The notes beneath the pieces were generated by a model that was given only the letters and a program-made list of their open reading frames with translations, ran no database searches and was not told the DNA's origin. Of a stretch of 64,000 nt of DNA, positions 47,925 to 57,881 are shown in pieces. Origin of the DNA: Blastomonas sp. (GTDB lineage Bacteria > Pseudomonadota > Alphaproteobacteria > Sphingomonadales > Sphingomonadaceae); assembly GCA_046291395.1 (NCBI GenBank), contig JBKBTF010000009.1, positions 3,234 to 67,233 on the forward strand. Direction: 5' to 3'. Each line of letters begins with the position of its first letter. Position 1 is the first letter of the stretch. The translations under genes and the position numbers were made by a program.

Positions 47925-48755
47925 ATGAACGTGCAAAATTCCTCGGGCAAGCGCTGGATGCCGCTTGCAGCGGGCGCGGCGCTGTTGGGGGCGGCGCTCG
48001 TGGCTGCTGCCCGCCGGAAGCGCACCACCGGCGACCAGCCTTATGCCTACCCGCCTGTCGACACGCTCAAGCCGCTCGCAGATGGCCTGTGGATCGTTGA
48101 CAGCGGGCCGATCAGCGCGATGGGCCTTGTGATGCCGGTCCGGATGACGGTCATCCGTCTCGACGACGGGAGCCTGATGCTGCACTCGCCGACAAGCTGC
48201 ACCGCGCAGCTGCAGGCCCAGCTGGCCGATCTTGGTCCCGTGCGCCATCTGGTCGCACCCAGCGTCGGCCACTGGACGTTTCTCGCCGAATGGCAGAGCC
48301 GGTATCCGGACGCGGCAACATGGGCGGTCGAAGGGCTGAAGGACCGAGCGCAGGTGCGCAGGGCACAGGTGCGGATCGATGGCGAACTGGGACAAGTGCC
48401 CCCGCCCGAATGGGAAGACGCGTTCGAGCTCGCCACAATCGCGGGCGGGCCATTCGCCGAAGCCTGTCTTTTCCACAAGCCGACGCGCACGCTGCTTCTC
48501 GCCGACCTGATCGACAATATGGAACCGGAAAGACTGCCGCCGGTCACTTCGCTTGCCCTGAGGCTGGCGCGGGCGACAAGTGCGACGACTCCGCTGCACG
48601 TCCGCGGCGCGCTTCTCCTGCAGCGTGGCCAGAACCGCCAGGTGATGGACCGGCTGACGCAGCTGCGCCCCGACAGGGTCATCTTCGCGCATGGCCAGTG
48701 GTTCGAAGACGATGCCGCCGAAAGACTGATCCGGGCCTGGAGCTGGCTCGACTGA
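47925..48755 (+). CDS. DUF4336 family protein (metallo-beta-lactamase-like fold)
   Basis: PVRMTVIRLDDGSL, LGPVRHLVAP…H, FHKPTRTLLLADL, RVIFAHG. Confidence 0.8.
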   Translation: MNVQNSSGKRWMPLAAGAALLGAALVAAARRKRTTGDQPYAYPPVDTLKPLADGLWIVDSGPISAMGLVMPVRMTVIRLDDGSLMLHSPTSCTAQLQAQLADLGPVRHLVAPSVGHWTFLAEWQSRYPDAATWAVEGLKDRAQVRRAQVRIDGELGQVPPPEWEDAFELATIAGGPFAEACLFHKPTRTLLLADLIDNMEPERLPPVTSLALRLARATSATTPLHVRGALLLQRGQNRQVMDRLTQLRPDRVIFAHGQWFEDDAAERLIRAWSWLD

Positions 48756-48853
48756 GCAACGCCGCGGCGGGCCGGACCGCCTGGATTTCGTCCGCGATTT
48801 TCTGCCTGCAGTCGGACCGGAGGGCGCCTGCCGCCATCGACTCCGGTGCAGGC

Positions 48854-49915
48854 TCAGTCCTTGCCGCGCGGAGCATGGGTCGCGCCGGCGGACGGCCCTC
48901 TACCGGCCAGGCGAGGCCAGCCGTCCTGCCAGATGATCCGGTCGATGAGCATGACCCGGCGGGTATTGATCTCGTCGCCGGGCTTGCTGCGCGGGCGGTG
49001 GGTGTCGACGGCATGGTAGACGATCCAGTCCTCTCCGGCTGCATCGGTGACGATGCTGTTGTGGCCAGGGGCCAGCCAGGGACCGCGCTGCTCCAATATG
49101 ACGCTGTTGGCCGCTTCGGTGGCCTGGCCAAGCGTCTCAAACGGTCCGGTGGCGCTGCGCGAGCGCGCGACCATGACTGCGTAATGCGCGTTGGGCCCGC
49201 AGCAATTGTCGCCTGAATAGAACAGATAGTACCATCCGTTCCGCTCGATCACCCAGGCACCCTCGACCAGCCGCTGATAATTGCCCGGATCATCGTGCGG
49301 GATCACCGCGACGAGGTCGGTCGCCGTGCTGTCGGGCGCGAAGCTGACGCGGTCCGGGGCGAGTTCCTGCACCTTGATGGGCTTGAAGCCCGACCCCCAA
49401 TAGAGCAGCCGCTTTCCCGTAACCGGGTCGTCAAAGGCGAAGGGGTCGATGTTGACGAAGCCTTCGCCGCACAACAAGGGCTGGCCGCTGTCGACGAACG
49501 GCCCTTGCGGCTCGGCCGCCGTCGCCACGGCCAGGCACAGGCCGCGTTCCGGATCGTCGAGCGCGGCATCGGGCTTGGCCGAATAGTACAGATAATAAAG
49601 ACCGTCGCGCACGGAGACGTCGGGCGCCCAGAAATCCTGCGTCCGGCTCGCCCATTGCGGCTTGACCGGAAGGGCGTCTCCCAGACGTTGCCAGCGGACG
49701 AGATCGCGTGATCGGGCGAGCTGGATGTTGACCATGCTGCCGGCGACCTCGCCTTGTGTGGCATAGGCATAATAATAGCCGTCATCGGCTTGCAGCACGG
49801 CAGGGTCGGCAAAATTCTCGTCAAGCACCGGATTGGCAAAAGTGCGCGGCGGGGGCGGGGCCGTGCCGGCGCACCCTGCCAGGCCAAGGATCGCAGCGAA
49901 CAGCAAACACCGCAT
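48854..49915 (-). CDS. Glycoside hydrolase family 43, lipoprotein
   Basis: Lipobox LAGC; NFADP, WAPD, NIDP, LVEG, APGHN. Confidence 0.92.
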   Translation of the reverse strand: MRCLLFAAILGLAGCAGTAPPPPRTFANPVLDENFADPAVLQADDGYYYAYATQGEVAGSMVNIQLARSRDLVRWQRLGDALPVKPQWASRTQDFWAPDVSVRDGLYYLYYSAKPDAALDDPERGLCLAVATAAEPQGPFVDSGQPLLCGEGFVNIDPFAFDDPVTGKRLLYWGSGFKPIKVQELAPDRVSFAPDSTATDLVAVIPHDDPGNYQRLVEGAWVIERNGWYYLFYSGDNCCGPNAHYAVMVARSRSATGPFETLGQATEAANSVILEQRGPWLAPGHNSIVTDAAGEDWIVYHAVDTHRPRSKPGDEINTRRVMLIDRIIWQDGWPRLAGRGPSAGATHAPRGKD

Positions 49916-49916
49916 C

Positions 49917-51026
49917 TCAGGCCGCTCCGCCGGTGGTGAAGCGATAGATGATGATGTTGCGGTAGACCTCCCCCGGATCGAGCCTGATCGACCCGAAGCT
50001 TGGCTGGTTGGGGGTATCGGGAGCCATTTGCGGCTCGAGGACCAGCGCGTCGCCCATGCGGTAGAGCCTGCCGGACTTGCCGCTGCTGGTCGCATCGAGG
50101 AAATTGCCCGAATAGAATTGCAGCCCGGGCTGGTTCGATGCGATTTCCATCATCCGCCCCGAGCCGGGGTGCAGGACGCGGGCGACCAGCTTCGGTTCGG
50201 CCAGGGCCGTGTCGGCGACGACCCAGTTGTGGTCGTACCCCCGCCCGATTCTGATTTGCTCGTCATCCGCATCGCGCACCCGCGCGCCGATCTGGACAGG
50301 GGCGCGGAAATCAAACGGCGTTCCGGCGACCGGCCTGATTTCGCCGGTGGGAATCGCGCCCGCATCGGTGGGAAGGTAATGCTCCGCGAAAATCGTCAGC
50401 CAATGGTCCATGGCGCCTTCGCTGGAGCCCTCACCGGCGAGGTTCCAGTAGGAATGGTTCGAGATGTTGACCAATGTGGCGCGGTCGGTCACCGCGCAAT
50501 ATTCGACGCGCAGGGCATCGTCTTCGGTCAGTTCATAGCTTGCCGTGATACGCAGCGTTCCGGGAAAACCCTGGTCGCCATCGGGACTGACATGACCCAG
50601 CGTCACCCGCGCTGCATCGGGTTGCGGGAAGGGTTCGATGACCTCCCAATTGGCCTTGTCGAAGCCATGCGGCCCTCCGTGCAGCGCATTGGGGCCGTTG
50701 TTGGCGGGGATCTGACAGGCGCGCCCATCCAGCGTGAAGCGCCCGCGCGCGATCCGGTTGGCGACCCGTCCCACCGTCGCGCCCATGTACTGGGGCTGGA
50801 GCAGATAGGGGCCGAGCTGCGCGTGCCCCAGCGCCACATCCGCCAGATCGCCGTTGCTGTCGGGCACCAGCACCGCCTGGATGCTGGCCCCGTAGGTGAT
50901 CACCGTCACCTTCATGCCGCGTGCATTGGCGAGCGTGATCGCCTCGACCGTCTCACCGCCAGGCAGTGTGCCGAAGGGCGCGCGGGTTGCGCGCGAGGCG
51001 CGAACAGGATCGGAGGTGTGCGGCAC
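49917..51026 (-). CDS. galM: Aldose 1-epimerase (mutarotase)
   Basis: GRVANRI, LHGG, GFPG, NHSYWNL, GYDHN, QFYSGN; GTG start. Confidence 0.93.
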   Translation of the reverse strand: MPHTSDPVRASRATRAPFGTLPGGETVEAITLANARGMKVTVITYGASIQAVLVPDSNGDLADVALGHAQLGPYLLQPQYMGATVGRVANRIARGRFTLDGRACQIPANNGPNALHGGPHGFDKANWEVIEPFPQPDAARVTLGHVSPDGDQGFPGTLRITASYELTEDDALRVEYCAVTDRATLVNISNHSYWNLAGEGSSEGAMDHWLTIFAEHYLPTDAGAIPTGEIRPVAGTPFDFRAPVQIGARVRDADDEQIRIGRGYDHNWVVADTALAEPKLVARVLHPGSGRMMEIASNQPGLQFYSGNFLDATSSGKSGRLYRMGDALVLEPQMAPDTPNQPSFGSIRLDPGEVYRNIIIYRFTTGGAA

Positions 51027-51051
51027 GATGGCCCTTTCAGGCTGGAGTAAT

Positions 51052-51062
51052 TTATATGATAA
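51052..51062. promoter_or_regulatory. Candidate FadR/DgoR-type operator 1
   Basis: TTATATGATAA between divergent galM and GH43. Confidence 0.7.
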
Positions 51063-51128
51063 TATATGAAAGGCCGGACTGGAAGCGCAACCTAGTGCTT
51101 TTTCAACCGTTTGACCCAAGGAGTGCCC

Positions 51129-52178
51129 GTGCTCAGTTTCGTTAAACCGCTGCTCGCGGCGCTTGCCCTGTCTGCAACGCCGCAGGCCGCCTCAAAGGAA
51201 CCTGTCAGCCCCTTGTTCCTTCCCGTCTATGAAACCAATTTTCCCGATCCCTTCATCGTGCCGCACGATGGGCGATATCTGGCCTATGCGACCAACGCCG
51301 AGCGGTTTCAGGCCAATGTGCAGATGGCGGTGTCGGACGATCTGGTGACGTGGGAGCCCTTGCGCAGGAACGGCAAGCTGCACGATGCGATGCCGGTGCT
51401 CCCGCCCTGGGCCGAGCGCGGCTGGACCTGGGCGCCCGAGGTGATGAAACTGAATGACCGCTATCTGCTGTTCTTCACCGCGCGCGAAAAGGCGAGCGGG
51501 CTGCAATGCACCGGGGTCGCGTCGAGCGACGATCCGCTCGGGCCGTTCGTTTCCAACGCCACCGAGCCGTTGGTCTGCCAGCGTGATCTGGGGGGCACCA
51601 TCGACGCCAGTCCGTTCCAGGATGCCGATGGCCAGATCTATCTCTATTACAAGGCAGACGCGAACGCGGTCGGCAAGCCCACCGAGATCTTCGTCCAGCG
51701 CATGACCGCAGATGGCATGGGCCTTGTGGGTGATCCGGTCGCGCTGATCCGCAACAACCAGCCCTGGGAAGCGCATGTCGTCGAATCGCCGACGATGATC
51801 CGGCATGGTGACGACTATGTGCTGTTCTATTCGGCCAACCATTTCGGCTGGGAGCCGCATCAGCCATTGTCACCTTATGCGATGGGCTATGCGCGCTGCG
51901 ACGGCCCGATGGGGCCGTGCGTCGAGGCGCCGGACAATCCCATCCTGTTCAGCTTCGAGGATCGCGACGGCGGGTGCCTGAGCGGGCCAGGGCACCAGGC
52001 GATCTTCGAGGCCAATGGCCGCGAGTATATCGTTTTCCACGCCCATGCCTTCAAGCCGGGCTGCCGCAATGCCGACAAGGGCCGCTATATGTATATCGCC
52101 CCGCTCGACTGGCAGGACGGCGGGCCCCGGGTCGGCCGCAGCCTGCGTCCGGACCCTGCGATCAAGCGTCGGCGCTAG
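51129..52178 (+). CDS. Glycoside hydrolase family 43, secreted
   Basis: Signal peptide; NFPDP, WAPEV, TIDAS, VVESP, GPGH; RBS AAGGAG. Confidence 0.92.
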   Translation: MLSFVKPLLAALALSATPQAASKEPVSPLFLPVYETNFPDPFIVPHDGRYLAYATNAERFQANVQMAVSDDLVTWEPLRRNGKLHDAMPVLPPWAERGWTWAPEVMKLNDRYLLFFTAREKASGLQCTGVASSDDPLGPFVSNATEPLVCQRDLGGTIDASPFQDADGQIYLYYKADANAVGKPTEIFVQRMTADGMGLVGDPVALIRNNQPWEAHVVESPTMIRHGDDYVLFYSANHFGWEPHQPLSPYAMGYARCDGPMGPCVEAPDNPILFSFEDRDGGCLSGPGHQAIFEANGREYIVFHAHAFKPGCRNADKGRYMYIAPLDWQDGGPRVGRSLRPDPAIKRRR

Positions 52179-52228
52179 ATCATGACCGGACGGCCCGGGC
52201 TATCCGCCCGGACCGTTCGAGCCCTTGA

Positions 52229-54913
52229 TCACGAACCGAAGCGGAACCTCAGGCCCAGCGACAGGGTGCTCTCGTCATACCGGCGATAGCGGATGAAATC
52301 CGCTTCGGGCGCGCCATTGCGCGCCGAGGTGAAATCCTGGTTGAAGGTTTCGCGGGTGATGTTGGTCCATGCGCCGAACAGCGCGAACTGGTCGCTGATA
52401 TCGTAGTTTAGCGTCAGATCGAGCCGGCCTGCGGGGCGGGCGGTTTCGGTATAGATGTCGTCGCCGCGGAACTGCTGCGTCGCGCGATAGCTCGATCGGC
52501 CGTTATAGGCCAGCCGCGCGCCGATGCCATAGCGCTCATAGATCGCCATGATGTTGTAGTTCCACTTGGAAACGCCGTTGAGCTGGTCGGTGATCGGCTG
52601 ATAGGTCAGCCCGCCTGCGCCGTCGTCCTGCTGGGTTTCGGCATCGATATAGGTGACATTGGCCTGCACCCCGAAGCCGCGCACCCAGTCGGGAAGCGAT
52701 TCGAAGTCGGCGAACGCCTGGCCCTGCAGCTCGACACCCGTGATCCGTCCCTTGCCGGTGTTGACCGGCCCAGAGATTTCGATGATGCCCAGCGTCGGGT
52801 CCTCCACGCGGAAGGTGTTCTGCTGGATGAAGCCCTTGATGCTGCGATGGAAGCCGGTGAGCGACACGAAGCTGGACGGGGCGAAATAGAGTTCGGCCGC
52901 CGCATCGAAGTTCCACGAAGTGAACGGGCGCAGGAACGGGTTGCCACCCGACGCGCGGAACGGGTTGCTCGGCGTTCCCACCCCGCCCGGCGGCGGTGCG
53001 CCGATGACGAGTGCGGGGTTGAGGTCCTGATAGTTGGGCAGGGTGCGCGTCTTCGACACCACCGCGCGCAGCTGCAGCGTCTCGTTCACGCGTGCGCGCA
53101 GACCGGCATTGGGCAGGAACGAGGTCCGCTCGCTGCCATCGTCGATGGCGTCGATTCCCGTCGGCACAGGCCCTGCGACCCGCGTCTTGACGCGGCTGAC
53201 CCGCGCGCCGATCGTGCCTTCGATATCCTCGTTGCCCAGCACCAGTTGCGCATAGCCTGCAAGGTTCTTTTCGTTCGCCGTATACAGCAAGGCTGCCTCG
53301 ACCGGTTCCGGACCGAAGCCGGCCAGCTGGCGCAGCGCGCCGAGGCTGTTGCGGATGCTGGCATAGGTGGGTGCGGCAAATTCTGTGGTGCCGCCGAAAT
53401 CGACACCGTCGAACACCTTGAACGTCACCGGAAGCTGATCGCCGGTGATCTGTGTGGGCGACCGTCCGAAACGGTTGCTGTAGCGCCGCTCGGCCTCGCG
53501 GTCGGTATAGCGCACGCCCACCTGCAGGCTCCTGAGGAACGGACTGTCGAATTCATATTCAAGATCGCCGCGGAACTGCCAGTCCTGCCCGGTCGATTTC
53601 TGGTTTTCCTCGAACAGACCGTCGAAAAACTGCGCTGCGGGGTTGGCGAAATCGATCCCCGTGATGTCGAAGCGCGGTCTGCTGTTGTCGAACACGATCG
53701 TCGGCGCGCCGCTCCAGCGCCGGTCCAGCGACTCGGTCGATCCGGTGAAGGTCGAATCGGTGTGCGCGATGTCGATGTTGAGCTTCAGCCGGTCGCGGGT
53801 GAACCGCATCCCGCCTGCAAACTGATAGGTGTCGGTCTTGTTGTAGGTCGCGCCCTGGAAGCTGAACAGCGATCCTGCAGGCGCGTTGACCGTTCCACCG
53901 GTGACGATGTTGGTGCCCTCGCGGAACTGCAGTCCGGCAACCTGCGCCCCGTTGAACAGTTCCGCCGCGAGCAGGCGATCGTCGATCTTGTTGCGGAACC
54001 CCTGCCACAGCCCCTCGGCGTAGAATTCCAGATCGGGGTTGGGCTTGTATTGCACCGCCGCGTTGATCGAGGGGCGCACGCGCTCGCCCGAGCGGTAGAA
54101 CAGCCGCTGGATATCGGGGAAGCGTGCAAATGTTCCGGCCCCTGCATCCGCCACCAGCACGTTGCCCTCGCGGCGGAAGGTCTGCAGGAAGTCGGTGTTC
54201 GAGATTTCGGCATCCAGATAGCGCATCTCGGTGCGCGAGACGTTGACCAGCACGCCAAGTTCGCCACCGTCACCGACATCCCAGCGCTTGGTGGCAAGCA
54301 GGTTGAAGTTCGGCGTGATGCCGTCGCCCTGGCGGGTGTACAGCCCCCAGATCGAGCCTGCGATCTGGCCGTCCTTGAAATCGAGCGGCTGGCGCGAGCG
54401 GATGTTGACCAGACCTGCAAGACCCGGCTCGACCAGATCGGCGGTCGATGTCTTGAACACCTCGATCGCGGCGACGTTGGACGAGGGGAAATCCTGTAGC
54501 GCGACGATTCGCGTTTCGGCGGTGAAGATCTCGCGGCCGTTATAGGTCGTGGTGAAATTGGGCAGGCCGCGGACCAGCACGTTCTGCGCCTCGCCGCCCT
54601 GGCGATAGACTTGGACGCCCGAAATGCGCGCAGCGGTCTCGGCGGTGTTGAGATCGGGCAGCTTGCCGATGTCCTCGGCCACGACCGCGTCGATGATCTG
54701 TTCGGAATCGCGCCGGATGTTGCGGATCGATTCGAGCGACTGGCGCAGGCCGGTGACGACGATGCTCGCTTCTTCGGCCGGTGCAGCCTGCGCGGTCTGT
54801 GTCTGACCGGGGGGAGCCTGGGCCGGGACGTTCTGCGCAAGCGCGGGTGCCTGACAAAGCGCCAGTGCCGCCAGCGAAGCCGAGCACCGCAATACCGTCG
54901 TAGCTTGTATCAT
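52229..54913 (-). CDS. TonB-dependent receptor (Caulobacter/Xanthomonas glycan-importer type)
   Basis: IVVTGLRQSL, DAVVAEDIGKLPD, GGNPFLRPF, C-terminal LGLRFRF. Confidence 0.93.
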   Translation of the reverse strand: MIQATTVLRCSASLAALALCQAPALAQNVPAQAPPGQTQTAQAAPAEEASIVVTGLRQSLESIRNIRRDSEQIIDAVVAEDIGKLPDLNTAETAARISGVQVYRQGGEAQNVLVRGLPNFTTTYNGREIFTAETRIVALQDFPSSNVAAIEVFKTSTADLVEPGLAGLVNIRSRQPLDFKDGQIAGSIWGLYTRQGDGITPNFNLLATKRWDVGDGGELGVLVNVSRTEMRYLDAEISNTDFLQTFRREGNVLVADAGAGTFARFPDIQRLFYRSGERVRPSINAAVQYKPNPDLEFYAEGLWQGFRNKIDDRLLAAELFNGAQVAGLQFREGTNIVTGGTVNAPAGSLFSFQGATYNKTDTYQFAGGMRFTRDRLKLNIDIAHTDSTFTGSTESLDRRWSGAPTIVFDNSRPRFDITGIDFANPAAQFFDGLFEENQKSTGQDWQFRGDLEYEFDSPFLRSLQVGVRYTDREAERRYSNRFGRSPTQITGDQLPVTFKVFDGVDFGGTTEFAAPTYASIRNSLGALRQLAGFGPEPVEAALLYTANEKNLAGYAQLVLGNEDIEGTIGARVSRVKTRVAGPVPTGIDAIDDGSERTSFLPNAGLRARVNETLQLRAVVSKTRTLPNYQDLNPALVIGAPPPGGVGTPSNPFRASGGNPFLRPFTSWNFDAAAELYFAPSSFVSLTGFHRSIKGFIQQNTFRVEDPTLGIIEISGPVNTGKGRITGVELQGQAFADFESLPDWVRGFGVQANVTYIDAETQQDDGAGGLTYQPITDQLNGVSKWNYNIMAIYERYGIGARLAYNGRSSYRATQQFRGDDIYTETARPAGRLDLTLNYDISDQFALFGAWTNITRETFNQDFTSARNGAPEADFIRYRRYDESTLSLGLRFRFGS

Positions 54914-55007
54914 ATCCACTCCCCATGTTTTGAGCCCGCGGGCTGCTGGCTGCTGCGCAGCTCTGTTCCGGTATTTATACCAACCGACCACGGCGAGGGA
55001 AAGACAA

Positions 55008-55018
55008 TTATACGATAA
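55008..55018. promoter_or_regulatory. Candidate FadR/DgoR-type operator 2
   Basis: TTATACGATAA (context AATTATACGATAAAT) upstream of the receptor. Confidence 0.72.
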
Positions 55019-55087
55019 ATATGTTTGTTGCGATAAACCTAAGTTCAAGACAGCCCCAAGGGTACCGTGCGCGCTCGGCGGACGGCA

Positions 55088-56224
55088 TCACCATTCGGCG
55101 AAGCTGCCGTCTTCGTGCCGCCAGATCGGGTTGCGCCAGCGGTGCCGATCCTTGTCGGCCTCGCGGACCTTGTCCTCGTCCACTTCGACGCCCAGCCCGG
55201 GCCCTGCCGGGATGGCAAGGTATCCGTCCTCGGGCGTGAGCACGCTGGCATCTTTCATGAAGCTGAACAGGTCGTGCCCCTGGTTGTAGTGGATCCCCAG
55301 CGACATTTCCTGCAGGATGACATTGGGCGTGCAGGCCGCCAGCTGCAGGCACGCCGCCAGCGCCAGCGGGCCCAGCGGGCAGTGCGGGGCGACCGCGACA
55401 TCATAGCTTTCGGCCATAGTGGCGATCTTGCGGCACTCGCTCAAGCCGCCCGCATGGGCAAGATCGGGCTGAATGATGTCCACGACGCCGCTGGCGATGA
55501 ATTGCTTGAAGTCCCAGCGCGAATAGAGCCGCTCGCCCAGCGCGATCGGCGTGGTGACCAGATTGGCGATCTGCGCCAGCGCCTCGGCATTTTCCGACAG
55601 CACCGGCTCCTCGATGAACAACAGCCCCAAAGGCTCGACCGCCTTGGCCAGCTGCTTGGCCATCGCCCGGTGCACCCGGCCGTGAAAATCGAGCCCGACA
55701 TCGACTCCCGCCGCCTGCGCCGCCTCGACTCGCGCGACGACATCGTCGAGCTTGGGCCCGACCAGATAGTCGATCTCGGCGGTGGCGTTCATCTTTACGG
55801 CCGAAAAGCCCTGCGCCTTGCGCGCCGCAGCCGCCTCGGCGATGTCATCGGGCCGGTCGCCGCCGATCCAGGCATAGCTGCGAATCTTCTCGCGCACCTT
55901 GCCGCCGAGCATTTCATAGGCGGGCATGCCGTAATGGCGCCCCTTGAGGTCCCACAGCGCCTGGTCCAGCCCAGACAGCGCCGACATCAGCACCGGGCCG
56001 CCGCGGTAGAAGCCGCCGCGATAGGCGACCTGCCAGATGTCCTCGATCCGCCGCGGGTCTGCGCCGATAAACCGGTCGCGCAGCGCCTCGAACGCTCCGG
56101 CGACCGCTTCTGCGTGTCCCTCGAGGCTGGCCTCGCCCCAGCCATAGGCGCCGTCCTGTGTCTCGACACGGACAAACAGCCACCTGGGTGGCACGAAAAA
56201 GGTCTCGATACGGCTAATCTTCAT
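55088..56224 (-). CDS. dgoD: D-galactonate dehydratase
   Basis: VPPRWLFV, GWGEASLEG, FYRGGPV, DFHGRVH, ALGERL, APHCPLGP, WRHEDGSFAEW. Confidence 0.95.
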   Translation of the reverse strand: MKISRIETFFVPPRWLFVRVETQDGAYGWGEASLEGHAEAVAGAFEALRDRFIGADPRRIEDIWQVAYRGGFYRGGPVLMSALSGLDQALWDLKGRHYGMPAYEMLGGKVREKIRSYAWIGGDRPDDIAEAAAARKAQGFSAVKMNATAEIDYLVGPKLDDVVARVEAAQAAGVDVGLDFHGRVHRAMAKQLAKAVEPLGLLFIEEPVLSENAEALAQIANLVTTPIALGERLYSRWDFKQFIASGVVDIIQPDLAHAGGLSECRKIATMAESYDVAVAPHCPLGPLALAACLQLAACTPNVILQEMSLGIHYNQGHDLFSFMKDASVLTPEDGYLAIPAGPGLGVEVDEDKVREADKDRHRWRNPIWRHEDGSFAEW

Positions 56225-56263
56225 TTTCTGGCACTTCGCGGCTGGCAAGTTCGGAGGAGATAA

Positions 56264-56274
56264 TTATAAGATAA
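56264..56274. promoter_or_regulatory. Candidate FadR/DgoR-type operator 3
   Basis: TTATAAGATAA (context AATTATAAGATAAAT) between divergent dgoD and dgoK. Confidence 0.72.
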
Positions 56275-56349
56275 ATCTGTCACAGCAAGCTCTCATTGCC
56301 TCAGGCTGTCCGATTACCGGTTCGGCATCGACCAAAAGGGACGTTTTGG

Positions 56350-57243
56350 ATGCGTTGGAAAGATGGCCATATCGCGGTCGATTGGGGGACGACCAACCGA
56401 CGCGCCTATCTGGTCGATGGCTCGGGATGCCTGCTGAGCGACTTCGAGGATGGCAAGGGCGTGACGTCGGTCGAGGCGAACGGCTTCGATGCTGCGGTTG
56501 CAGAGATTCGCGCGCGTCTGGGCGACCTGCCGATGCTGATGGCGGGCATGATCGGATCGAACCGAGGCTGGCGCGAGGCAGCCTATGTGCCTTGCCCCGC
56601 CGGACTCGATTCGCTGGCCCGGGCAATCCTGTGGGTGGAAGAGGGTCGCACCGGAATCGTGCCGGGGGTCTGCCAGACCGGGCCCGCAGGCGCCGATGTG
56701 ATGCGCGGCGAGGAGGTGCAGATCCTGGGCGCGATCGCAGGCGCCATGGTGCCCGCCGACGGTGTCATCTGCCATCCCGGCACGCACGCCAAGTGGATCG
56801 TCACCGCCCAGGGACAGATCACCGCCTTCCGCACGATGATGACCGGCGAACTGTTCGGCCTGCTGCAGAAGCACAGCATCCTGGCCGACCTGATCGATCA
56901 CGACGTGACCCCAGGAGACGCGTTCGCGGCGGGCGTCGATGAGGCGCTTGCCGGAGGCGATGTGCTCTCGGGCCTGTTCCGCATCCGCGCACGGCACCTG
57001 CTCGGCACCAGCGATGACGCTGGCGAGGACGACGCAGGCTCTTATGCCAGCGGCCTGCTGCTCGGCTGCGACATCCGCATCGGACTGGACCTGGCTGAAG
57101 GACGCGAGGTCGCCCTGATCGGCCGCCCGGAACTGTGCACGCTCTACGCCGCAGCGCTCGGCAGGGCCGGGCGCGCATCGACGACCCTTGACGGTTCCGC
57201 AGCCTTTCTGGCCGGGATCCAGCATCTGGTGAACCGCCTATGA
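56350..57243 (+). CDS. dgoK: 2-dehydro-3-deoxygalactonokinase
   Basis: AVDWGTT, GMIGSNRGW, DVMRGEEVQ, PGTHAKW, MTGELF. Confidence 0.95.
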   Translation: MRWKDGHIAVDWGTTNRRAYLVDGSGCLLSDFEDGKGVTSVEANGFDAAVAEIRARLGDLPMLMAGMIGSNRGWREAAYVPCPAGLDSLARAILWVEEGRTGIVPGVCQTGPAGADVMRGEEVQILGAIAGAMVPADGVICHPGTHAKWIVTAQGQITAFRTMMTGELFGLLQKHSILADLIDHDVTPGDAFAAGVDEALAGGDVLSGLFRIRARHLLGTSDDAGEDDAGSYASGLLLGCDIRIGLDLAEGREVALIGRPELCTLYAAALGRAGRASTTLDGSAAFLAGIQHLVNRL

Positions 57244-57881
57244 CTGACGCCATGACCGATTTCGAAACCCACTTCGCGCAGTGCCCGCTGGTCGCGATCA
57301 TCCGCGGGGTGCGGCCCGATGAAGCAGAGGCGGTGGGCGGCGCGCTGATCGAGGCGGGTATCCGGATCATCGAGGTTCCGCTCAATTCGCCCGAGCCGCT
57401 CGCCAGCATCGAGCGGCTGGCGCGCGCATTCGGCGACCGGGCGCTGATCGGGGCGGGGACGGTACTGAACGTCGCGGACGTGCGCAGCGTCGCCGATGCC
57501 GGCGGCCGTATCATCGTCTCGCCCAACGTCTTCAGTGACGTCGTGGCTGCGACGGTCGCGGCGGGTCTGGTCCCGGCACCCGGCTATTTCACCCCGAGCG
57601 AAGCCTTTGCCGCGATCCGCGCAGGGGCCGGGGTCCTCAAGCTGTTCCCGGCCGAGGCGGCGTCGCCGGCCGTGGTCAAGGCGCACCGCGCCGTGCTGCC
57701 AAAGGCGATCCGACTGCTGGTCGTGGGCGGCGTGACCCCGGACAAGATGGCGGAGTATCTGCGCGCCGGTGCCAACGGCTTTGGCCTCGGCGGCGCGCTG
57801 TACAAACCTGGCATGGCGCCAGCAGAGGTTGGGCAACGCGCAAACGCCTTTGTCGCCGCGCTGGCGCAGGTGAGCGCATGA
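57240..57881 (+). CDS. dgoA: 2-dehydro-3-deoxy-6-phosphogalactonate aldolase
   Basis: LVAIIRG, IEVPLNSP, GAGTV, LKLFPAE, VGGV. Confidence 0.93.
   Translation: MTDAMTDFETHFAQCPLVAIIRGVRPDEAEAVGGALIEAGIRIIEVPLNSPEPLASIERLARAFGDRALIGAGTVLNVADVRSVADAGGRIIVSPNVFSDVVAATVAAGLVPAPGYFTPSEAFAAIRAGAGVLKLFPAEAASPAVVKAHRAVLPKAIRLLVVGGVTPDKMAEYLRAGANGFGLGGALYKPGMAPAEVGQRANAFVAALAQVSA

Noticed and set aside
31985-48853. Defined genomic-island boundaries for the Mrp/DAB block
   Set aside because: No flanking direct repeats, integrase or clear compositional shift found by eye.
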